The notes beneath the pieces were generated by a model. That model searched no databases. It was not told the origin of the DNA and was given only the letters and a program-made list of their open reading frames with translations. This document shows, in pieces, positions 23,572 to 36,608 of a stretch of DNA of 64,000 nt; the stretch's first letter is position 1, and each line of letters opens with the position of its first letter. Origin of the DNA: the human T2T-CHM13v2.0 reference genome, Homo sapiens; the NCBI RefSeq assembly GCF_009914755.1, contig NC_060926.1; one strand, 5' to 3'. The position numbers were made by a program, and so were the translations under genes.

Positions 23572-24736
23572 TAAAAAAAAAAAAATGAGTGCTGGGCAGA
23601 GGTATAACAGCATCATACTGGCTAATGTCATTGCCTATACATTTTGGTAATCTCAAAACTGTTCCAGCTACAAAGCTACTGCTTGTACTTGAAATTCCTA
23701 TTTAAAATATAGGGAGAGTATTACAAACTAATTCTGGAAACTTATTCTCAAAATTACATTGAAAAATTCTAGGTTTATAAAATCATTTACGTACTATAAT
23801 ATGGTTCAATTCCTTGAGCATTATAGACATTAGATAGTATATTTGTTTAATTTGTATTTATTGCAGTGCTTGATTTTTTACTTTCATTTTTCCAAACAGA
23901 AACGCTACCAATTAAACATTAACTTCCCATTCCCCATTTCTTTCTACCCAACCCTCTGGTAACCTCTATTCTACTTTCTTGTCTCTATAAATTTTCCTAT
24001 TCTAAATACCTCATAGAAGTGAAATCATATAATGTCTGTGTTTTTGTGTCTGGCTTATTTCACTTAGCATAGTGTTTTTAAGGTTAATTCATGTTGTAGC
24101 ATGTATTTCTATTTGAATTCCAAAGCTAATGTTAATGTATTACCTTGATCAAAAAAATAAAAATTAAAATAAACAATATCCTGCAAAGTATTGATCATTC
24201 TACAGGTACTGAAAATGAAGCTTAATGATCACGTTAAAGCCACAGGAAATAAGTTAGAAGAGATGGTGTTCAGATTTGATTCTATCTTTTTTTCTTTGTT
24301 TGTTTTTGAGATGGGGTCTCACTCTGTGTCAAAAAAAAGGCTGGAGTGCAGTGGCACAATCACAGCTCACTGCAGCCTTGACCTCCAGGCTCAAGCGATC
24401 TTCCCACCTCAGCTCCTGAGTAGCTGGGACTACAAGCGTGCACCACCATGCCTGGCTAATTTTTGAATTTTTTGTAGAGATGGGATTTCGCCGTGTTGCC
24501 CAGGCTGGTCTTGAACTCCTGGCCTCAAGCGATCCGCCCACCTCAGCCTCCCAAAGTGTTGGGATTACAGATGTGAGCCAGCACACTCAACAATTCTTTT
24601 TATTTTATTTTTTTATTTACTTAAGCGTACCCTGATGTGCCCAGCAATTCTATCTTCTTGAAACTTCTGCAGTTCAACAATTTCTCTTTATCCACTGTCA
24701 CTTCTCACATGGGTTGTCCCTATCACAGTTTCCTAA

Positions 24737-25600
24737 TTGTTTTAATTTCCTATTGCTGCTATAACACATTACCACATATTTGGTGGCTTCAAACAATACA
24801 AATTTGTTATGCAGCTCTGTAGGTCTGACACGAATTTCACTGAGCCAAAACCAGGGTGTCAGCAGGGCCACGTTTCTTCTGGAGGCTCTAAGGAGGAATC
24901 CATTTCCTGTTTTTCTAGCTTTAGAGGCTACCCACATTCCTTAGTTCAGGGGTCCTCACCCCCCACCCACCTCCCCCCACCACCAACCCCCTACAGACCC
25001 GGTAAGGCCGGTAGGGCCTTTTAGGAACACTGCTGCACAGCAGGAGGTGAGCGGAGGGTGAGCGAGCATTACCGCCTGAGCTTTGCCTCCTATCAGATAA
25101 GCAGCAGCATTAAATTCTCATGGGAGCACGAACCCTATGGTGAACCGTGCCTGTGAGGGATCTAGGTTGCACACTGCTTATGAGAATCTAATGCCTGATC
25201 ATCTCAGGTGGAGCAGTTTCATCCTGAAGCCATCCCCCTGCCATCTGTGGAAAAAGTGTCTTCTAGGAGACTGGTCCCTGGCGCCAAAAAGGTTGGGGGA
25301 CTGCTGCCTTAGCTTGTGGCTCCCTTTATTCAGCAACATTTTATCTCTCTGAGTGTCATTTCTCTTTATCTTCCTCTGACTCTCCTCTTCTTCCCTCTTC
25401 CATTTTTAGAGTCTCTTATGATTAAATCGGGCCCATTTGGATAATTGAAACTAATTTGTTCATTTCGAGGTCAGTTGGTTAGCAACTTTAATTCCATCTC
25501 CAGCCTTTGTACCCTTTGCCATGTAATCTACATGTTCATAGGATCCAGGGATTAGCATGTGGATGTCTTTATGGGGGAGGCATTATTCTGTCTACCACCC
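24737..25600. mobile_element. MLT1 (MaLR) LTR split by MER1B
   Basis: ttcctattgctgctataaca...ggtggcttcaaacaa...cttctggaggctctaaggaggaatcc and ...ggcattattctgtctacca termini. Confidence 0.75.
24947..25306. mobile_element. MER1B nested in an MLT1 LTR
   Basis: CAGGGGTCC...GGGGACTGCTG TIRs; 8-bp TSD ccttagtt/ccttagct; body similar to the 31096 copy. Confidence 0.87.
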
Positions 25601-26035
25601 TAGTCGTATGATAATATGATTTCCCTTCTTGCCCATGATCACGTCACTTGCCCACCGAAAATTCTTCAATGGCCCTTGTTGCCCTCAGGGTAGCATTCAG
25701 ACTCATTCAGGCTCCTTAATGTGATACACAAAGGCCTTCCTTACCAGTCCTGTCTCATCTCTCCCAACTCCCCATGCCCAAAACACACAACAAGATTGTG
25801 TGTTTCACTTCCCCAAACTGAAAACCAGGCATTCACTCATCTCATTCATCTGCTTGTTTGCTCTTTTCCCAGCCTTTTATCTGACTCTACTACTCATCCA
25901 TAAGTCAGACTTCAGATGTGACTTCCTTTGGGAAGCCTGAGTGTATCCCCAAATTTTGGCCTTTGCTACCGTTGCAAGCTATACCTATATCTAACATAGC
26001 ACTTGCCATGCGATACTGTAATTATCTCTTTAATT

Positions 26036-26065
26036 ACCATCCACCACCACCACCACCACCACCAC
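26036..26065. repeat. (CCA)n trinucleotide repeat
   Basis: About 8 perfect units plus a flanking imperfect unit. Confidence 0.85.
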
Positions 26066-26343
26066 GAGACTACAGGCAACTTAAGGGTCAGCCTCTCATT
26101 TGTTCACCCTTGTATCAGTTACTTATCAGAGTGGCTTGCACACAATAAAAACACAAACTTTCTATTTTTTAAAGCAACCCTATTAACTGAGAAGCACAAA
26201 CTTTTGCTTAAAGATATATCCCTTAATATTTATGTGTCTCTTTTTCCAAGACAGACTTATAGAGGATGTAGAGTCATATAAATCTAAGGACTGAAAAGTA
26301 AATGTACCTTTAATCCTCCAAATGGATTTCATTTAATTAATGA

Positions 26344-26484
<141 letters not shown>

Positions 26485-27049
26485 TGACACCATGCCCATC
26501 TAATTTTTAAAACAATTTTTTTGTACAGAAGAGGTCTCGCTATGTTGTCCAGACTGGTCTTGAACTCCTGGGCTCAAGCGATCCTCCCATCTTGGCCTCC
26601 GCCTATGCTGGAATTATAGGTGAGCTACTGAACTCGGCCCTTATCTGGCTTCTTATATCAAGACTGTGCACAGGTCACTATTTTTGCAAGAATTTCTATA
26701 CCACTTCCTCTGAAAATGTTGGTAATTTAAAAAAGAAACAGCCAGACATGGTGGCTCACACCTGTAATTCCAACACTTTGGGAGATGGAGGTCGGCCAAT
26801 TGCTTGAGCCCAGGAGTTCAAGACCAGTCTGGGCAACATGATGAAACTGTGTCTCTACAAAAAATTCAAAAATTAGCCAGGCATGGTGGTGCATGCCTGT
26901 GGTCCCAGCTACTCAGGAGGCTGAGGTGGGAGGATCACTTGAGTTTGGGAGGTCGAGGCTGCAGTGAGCCAAGAGATAGTGACACTGTATACTCCAGCCT
27001 GGGCAACAGAGCTAGACCCTATCTCAAAAAAACAAAAATAAAAATAGGT

Positions 27050-27240
27050 TGGATAATGTAAGAGTTAAGAACAGAGACTCTAGAGCCAGCCTGGGATCCT
27101 GGCTCTGCCATATTTTATGTAACCATCTCAGTTTTCTTCATTTGTGAAATAGACACAGTAATATCCACCTCAGAGGGTTACTGTAGAATTAAATGAGTTC
27201 CATTTAGAGCATTTAAATGGTGCCTGGCACATTTTAAATA
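27050..27240. mobile_element. MIR
   Basis: ctcagttttcttcatttgtgaaat...gtgcctggcaca core. Confidence 0.6.
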
Positions 27241-28460
27241 ATACCGCTTCATGTGGTTAGGGTGGGAAGGAAGATTGTAAAACATAAATGCTTAGAGAAA
27301 GCAACTGTCGTTGTAATTAAAATGAAACTTGGGTGTGATGAAATCATTGGAGGCTGTAGGTGAGATCATCTATGAGAAAGAAAAAGCCAAGCATGATGGG
27401 TCGCTAACCACCGGGCACTGCCAGAAGCATTTCTCATGAAACATTAGGAAGTTTCCAAATCTTCTCTAAAGACGTGTGCTTGAAAAAACAAAACAAAAAA
27501 AGAATGACAACAACAACAAAAAGATATGTGCTGGAAAGAAGAGATGGGATTCTATGAAGAATGTGAAAGTGGCTTATTGTATGAAATACAAAATATAATC
27601 CAAGCTTTACCTAGAAATAGTACAAGAAAAATTCAGAAATCCCTGCAAGCTATTCTTGTTTTGACAATTCATTTCTTGCCTTCCCTAATATTTAGAATTT
27701 TGCTGCATTGTTGCCATCAAATATTTTTTAAGAAATAAAGGTAAGCAGTATTTGCTAAGACAGAACACGTGTGTCTTGATTTTAGAAGATGTACTTGATT
27801 ATTTTCATAAATGTCAGGTGTGAAATGGGTCACCTTATTAATTAAAGCCTTAGGCAAAATTTGAAATTTGATCTGTGATGACATTTTAAAATGGATGTAT
27901 TAATTTCAACCAGTTTAACAAATGAGCCTTTTTAAAAAAATTTACGTGGTAACTTATTGTTAATTCATTTCCATGTTGACAGTTTTCCTTAAATTGAAGT
28001 GTAATCACCCACAAATACTTTTGAAGTTTGCCATATTCATGTGGATATTTATGCCACTTTTTTCTAATTCCTTTGGACTAGGAGTTATGTTCTGAAAAGT
28101 CAATTTCTGCTGTGCCAGTAGAGTTGCAAATGACCTAAAATGGCTACCTACCACACCTGTTTTTCTTCATCTTACTACTCTGTGAGTGAATGAGCTTGCC
28201 TGGAAGCAAGATTGAGAAGTTAGCAATTTGTCTACAGTTTTTCTTCTTTCCCTTTGTACCACACTACCCTCAAGAATCTAGACAACCGTGTTTTCTCTTT
28301 TCTTAGAACTTCCTCTTTAGAAAAAACCTAAGGAAAATATATTCTCACGGAGGTATAAATAGGTAATACAACTGTAGCAATTTCCCTCCAAGTTCTTCCG
28401 GTTTCAAGGCCCAGGGATGAAATGCTAACTGTGTAATTGTAGGAATTGGCAAGTACACTA

Positions 28461-28673
<213 letters not shown>

Positions 28674-29764
28674 TCATGGCACTATGACGTGGGCAAATGT
28701 GTGGTCAACGTGTTAGTCTGGCTCTGGCTCTGAGTTTTTTGCTTTTGTTCATTCTTCTGAGTAGGTCTTTCTCTTTCTCTTGAGCCTGGTCTCATCTGTA
28801 TTTTCGAAAGGACTTGCCATGGTCAATCAGAGGCTTTAAGCTTCTCTGTTATTGTCTGTCTTCCAGGAGAGATGCCTAATGCTAACACCTTTTATTTGTA
28901 TTGCCATGGCAATACAAACCCTTAAACTAAGGGTTCTGGTTATTCTTAGGTTAGGATCATGTAGGCAGATCATAAAAAAGTTAATTTTTCTCCCCTGGGT
29001 GAGAAGTTGCTTAAATTTTTGTGTCAATTGTTTCATTTCTCCAATCTATTTTTGTCTCTGCAAATAGCCTGAAACTCGGTTTTATTGCACAAGCCTACCA
29101 ATTCAGAATGATCTCAGGCGCATCAGACAAGTTTGTCCCTCACCAGAGTTGTATTGGTTTATTTCTCCCTGCCTTCGTGTGCCCATCTCAAAATGGTGGG
29201 GTCTGTGGAAGAGGATGGCCTTCCCAGATATGCAATTTTTGCTCTTTAGAAAGGAGTTTAAAAAAAAAAAATCCCAGCTACTGTGTGGGGAAGGCGAAGG
29301 AGGTGGGAGGTGGAAGGATTTTGCTTGAGCCTGGGAGGTTGAGTCTGCAGTGAGCTGTGATTGCACCACTGCACTCCAGCCTGGGAGACAGAATGAGACC
29401 CCGTCTCAAAAAAAATGTTTTTTTTTTTTTATTTAGAAAGGAGTATAAGGGGAGCTGTGCTCCTCTAGTGAGAACTCCCATGGACTTCTAAAGGCCCATT
29501 TATCCTACCTTAGTCTTTAGAGCTTGCCAAAAATGAGATGGTAGAGCCATAATTTCTCAGGGATCAGAAAAAGACTACCGCGTGGGTCCAACTTCCCCAT
29601 TCTGACAGTGTGTTTGCCGTGTTAGATGTTACACAGTGCCACAGGTCTCGAATAATGGAAATAATTTGTATCCTTTAAATATCTCTGGCATCAGTTTTAG
29701 AGCTGGAGCTTCAATCCCCAGGCTGAAATAGTCTCTAAAAATGAATAGTAGCTATTAAGTTTGA

Positions 29765-30145
<381 letters not shown>

Positions 30146-30214
30146 TAATATCCCCACACCCCACCACATTGGTACAGCAATATAATTTAGTCTTCCTTGT
30201 ACTCCTAATGACTT

Positions 30215-32097
<1,883 letters not shown>

Positions 32098-32296
32098 GCC
32101 TCTCTAGGCATAGCTTTGTCTAAAGTAAACTTTTAGGCCATGTAAAAGTAACAGTTTAAACTGGAGATGAATTTAGGAAGGGGTCTTTATCATTGGTTAT
32201 TACTAATCTTGAATCACGGAAAGAACAAGTGAGTTTGAAAGGCCTGATTTCTTAGAATTAGTCGTGTTCTTTTTTTTGTTTGTTTTGTTTTTTTGA

Positions 32297-32581
<285 letters not shown>

Positions 32582-35033
32582 TAGTCATGTTCTTTATAGA
32601 TTTCATTAAAGACTCTTAATTTTGTTGTGTATGATGACTATTTTCTCCTCTGTAAGAGGGAAACCCAGGTTTATGACATGGACTTCCTTCAGCCACTGCT
32701 AAAGATTGGGGTATGAAGTAGGTTTCTTATTTCCTCTTTTGTATTAATAGTTGGTTCTTTTCAAATCCTCTGAGGGGCAAAAAGACCCTTGGATTTACTA
32801 TATCATGTCTCACAAAGGTAGACTGGTCACATTTGAAATTTTAGATATGTGAACTAATATTGTGGCTGAAGCAGCATGAATAAGCTAAACAATGAAAGGT
32901 AAACCATTTACACATAATTCAGTACCTCTCTTTCCCCCAGGTACTGAAAATCATTTATACTATTTTTATAGTTGAGATGAGCTTCTTTATGAATCAAGTG
33001 AGGTGGCTGGAAAAAGAAAATGTCTTACACTTTCAGAAAGTTTTATGATTATAACATATTAGAAAGTCTTTACCCTAACATATTTCTTATATATAAAACT
33101 GGTAAAGATAAAATGAAATTCATATATTGTTGCTGTAGTGTCCATTATTTGACTCAGCAGGTGATTTTGTGTAAGCCTGCAAGTCATTTTCTGAGATTCC
33201 TTTTCTCAGTAGGAAAAGTAATATGCTAGTATGCAGATGAATCATTTATTCTATCTGATAATTTTGCTTGAAAATCTGCCCAAATCAGTGTGTATACACT
33301 TGAAAGTAAATAAATGTTTGGGTGAGTTTAAAAAGTGTTAGGAGACACAGTCTCTATTTTCAAGTTGCTTACCACATAGTTTTCTATAGGGATGACATTT
33401 AAAATATGTAACAATTAGTAAAGAATAGGCACCAACCAAGTAGAATGGGAGTGACTAATAAGAGCTGGGTCCAAAGGGCTCTATCTTAGCCAGGTATTAA
33501 CCCACTAGTTCCTAAAATGTGGAGGTCTGGGGAATCTTGAGAGGAAGGACTGGCACAGGGGTGAGAAGCATGGGGGGATACCACTCAGAGTTGCAGCTGT
33601 TAACCAACTTGCATTGAAGTATTTCAGTATTTGATTAGTTGGTTCAGCCGTACTTGTGTGTACCAGCTGAACATTAGCCTTGTATATCCATAACTAAAAA
33701 AGCAGTGTAGGTGCCCTAAAATGTAAGGACTGCAAGCGCTATATCTTATTGATATTTGAAAGAAAGGTTATGTATGTTTTAAGGGTGTTGATAATAATGT
33801 GTTCAATAAAATAATTATGAGCCATAAAATATCAAGCTAATTTGGAAGCTTCTTATGCTTTGCACACAAAGGATGTACTATCATGATTTTATGAACTCTA
33901 AGGACTTTAGTTCTAGGATGAACCTTAGAATATATTTAAAACGATCCCCTTAATTTATCAATGAATCTGAGGACCACAGCTATTGTCTCACATTTAGTGG
34001 CAATGGTGAGACTTGAAACTAGGACTCAGGCTTAATCTCTTTTCTCCACACCTCAGGACTTCTCCCTTTGTAAGCAGGAGTGAGGTCCATGCTCTGGCTT
34101 TCCAAACAAGGAAAAGGGCATATGAGTAGTTCAGTGTTCTGAACTACGTATGGCAATCAGTAGGCATTTATCAAGCACCATTTTCGTTGTTTTGGATGTT
34201 TTTTGTAGAGATACAAAACAAAAAATAACCTTCTTTCATGAAGGTATAATATGCAGGTTAGCGGGACTACCTAGCCGTCCATACTGAATGGGTTTGGAAA
34301 TCCCAACTCTTTTCTCTACCTGCTCTGTGATACCAGGCAAGTTAAAGTCTTGTGTGCCTCAGTTTCCTACCTCACCGTGTTATGGTGATTAAATTAATAT
34401 ATATGTGGAGTACTTGACACACAGTCAAGCCTGCGATTACTGCTGTTCATGGTTTTATTTTCTCTACTAGACACCAGTAAGGCACCCCCAGAACTCGCTG
34501 TGTTAAGCAGATTCTGGTTGGATATAGAAACACAGGCACCCCAGGCGGAATGCAGATACGCCTCAACATGTGGATTAAGTAAGAGCCAGGAAGCAGAGTA
34601 ATGAAGCAAAAATAAGATGTCCAGAGTCACCTTTTAAGAAAATGTGGGTTGGTGGTTGCTTAAGAGGGGAGGAGACAATTTAGATGGGATGTATGGCGTG
34701 AGCAAAGGGCAAGAATGAGCACGGTGTAGGCACAAGTCCATGGAACTGCTTGGCTGGATCGGGATTTTTTTGTCATAGAGTGTTAAGAAATAGTCGATCA
34801 GTTGAGGAGTAGAGGAGTGAAGACCTTGGAAAGTTGCCAAAAGCCTCGAGAATTTCTCTACATGTGTGACATGTTCTCAGGACTCAACTTTTTCTTTTAG
34901 GTTTGGAAGACCCGCAGTAAGTGTGCTTTAGAATTAAATGGGTGGGAAGGGGAGCTAGGCAAAACACCTCGCACTTAGCACTAAATAAAGTTCGCTGTTG
35001 CCCTAAGAGACTGAAAAGGTTACTTTAACAAAG

Positions 35034-35042
35034 GGGGCGGGG
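35034..35042 (+). promoter_or_regulatory. GC box (Sp/KLF) GGGGCGGGG
   Basis: Consensus match just upstream of exon 1a. Confidence 0.55.
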
Positions 35043-35217
35043 TTAACTTAACGTAGATGTTTAACTCGTATACAGATGAACATTCCAGTTGATCACTCTG
35101 AAGCTTTTTGGCTAAAGCGTTTGGGTTTAGAGCTTCCATTACTCATCCGCCTTGCCCAAGGCCTCAGCAACCGACGTTCGAAAGCCAGGAGAAAAGGCGA
35201 ATGATAAAGGGCGCTCC

Positions 35218-35227
35218 ACGCATGCGT
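35218..35227. promoter_or_regulatory. NRF1-like palindrome ACGCATGCGT
   Basis: Perfect 10-bp palindrome resembling GCGCATGCGC. Confidence 0.35.
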
Positions 35228-35260
35228 TAAGAAGCCGCCCCAACTCCCCCGCGGCGTTCT

Positions 35261-35269
35261 TTCTTGGAA
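35261..35269. promoter_or_regulatory. GAS element TTCTTGGAA (STAT5/STAT3 site)
   Basis: Perfect TTC-N3-GAA in the core promoter; ZIP10 is a described JAK-STAT target in B cells. Confidence 0.55.
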
Positions 35270-35559
35270 CAAAACTAGCGCGGAGCCACGGAACTCCGCA
35301 GTTTGCGTAGACTTGAATTTCCTATTCCTCGGACGATCCATGTGGAATCCGTGAGTAGTGCGACTCCTTTACGCAACTGGCGTTATCCGAAGTGAATAGC
35401 TAGGTGGCGCGTGTACGCCCATAGCGTAGCACCCATAGGCGGACGGGGTGCGGCTGCGCAGGGAGCTGAGTGGACCTTGTACGCCGCAAGCGTAGCAGGG
35501 TGTCAGACGCGCCGGTTTCTGCGACGCAGTTAGCGCAGTCTGCTTTGGTGAATACACGA

Positions 35560-35621
35560 TTTGGTGCAGCCGGGGTTTGGTACCGAGCGGAGAGGAGATG
35601 CACACGGCACTCGAGTGTGAG
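35560..35621 (+). other. SLC39A10: Non-coding first exon 1b (start approximate)
   Basis: Within the CpG island; donor GAG|gtaact at 35621/35622. The TSS cannot be determined from sequence. Confidence 0.8.
35599..35610 (+). promoter_or_regulatory. Metal response element (MTF-1 site) TGCACACGGCAC in exon 1b
   Basis: Perfect TGCRCNC core plus a GGC flank like high-affinity MREs. Zip10 is reported to be repressed by zinc via MTF-1 at an MRE just downstream of the TSS. Confidence 0.8.
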
Positions 35622-36021
35622 GTAACTATAAAACCCCGATTTGTTTACATTCCCTCCCCCAGAACCGGCCCCGTGCGCGGCGGAGACTGCGAGTCCCGGG
35701 ACGGCGTGGGGGTAGAAAGGGAGAACAGAACCGGGGAGTCGGGGCTGGTTCCCTCGGGGATGCGGGCGCTGGGGTTCCCGCAGCTGCTGCAGTCGGCGGC
35801 GGCCAGCCGAAGCAGAGCGCGTGGTGGGCAGAGTGTTGGGCGCCGCGGCTCCTCGTGTGCGGTCTGGGCTGCTGCGGGCCGCGGGATCGGGAGCCGGCGG
35901 CGTCCACTTCGCGTGCGGAGCCTCGCGCCCCCCTCACCTTCCTGTGGAGGTTGGCGGAGCCTCGCGGGCCGCGCCCGGGGTGGGGGAGTGACCGCTGGGC
36001 GGGTGGCGGCGGTTAGCGGGC

Positions 36022-36028
36022 TGCGCGC
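36022..36028 (+). promoter_or_regulatory. Second MRE core TGCGCGC
   Basis: Matches TGCRCNC, but it lies in GC-rich sequence where chance matches are frequent. Confidence 0.3.
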
Positions 36029-36602
36029 CGGCCGCGGATGGCGTCGCAGGCGCGGGCGGGCGAGGCTTTGGGGATCTGTAGGCAGGTCTTCGGGGGCTTG
36101 GCGACCAGCGCCCCGGTTTTTTCTTCTCCAGTCCTTCTCTCTGGTCTGTAATGGGGCGAGGGGACCCCGGGATGGAGCCTCGGCACCGCTGTTCCGGACC
36201 GAGGCTAACGGACGGCGGCGCCTCTGCTCCTACTAGTTTTCTCCCGGACCAACCGAAAAGCCGAGGCGGAGCGCGGGGGTGTGAAGATCTCGGCCTGCTG
36301 GGGGTCCCTGGAGCTGAGGGTGAGGGTGGGGCCGGGTCGGTGGGACAGGCCGGGTGGGCCGGAGGTGGCGCGGCCGCACGGCTTTGTTCCGGAAAGCCCT
36401 TAGGTGGAGAGCGATGTGGGGCGCGGCAGGGGGATCGCGTAGAGGAACCTTCGCGCACCGCCTCTCCGGGTCTGGGAATCTGCTGAACTCCTTGCCTCTC
36501 CTGGGGTCCCTCGAACGCCCCAGCTAAGAAGGGCGGGGGCCTTGCCAGGGCGCGAGCAACATGACGTTCAAGGTCTTCCTGTGGCTTCTGTAAAGAAATG
36601 TT

Positions 36603-36608
36603 CACGTG
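36603..36608. promoter_or_regulatory. E-box/HRE CACGTG at the 3' edge of the CpG island
   Basis: Motif match only. Confidence 0.3.

Larger units (their letters stand above)
35100..35350 (+). other. SLC39A10: Alternative non-coding first exon 1a (start approximate)
   Basis: Donor TCC|gtgagt at 35350/35351, downstream of a GC box at the 5' edge of the CpG island. Confidence 0.65.

Noticed and set aside
26003-26281. ORF with a poly-His run, suggestive near a zinc gene
   Set aside because: Arises from a (CCA)n microsatellite in L2-like sequence; no splice or codon support.
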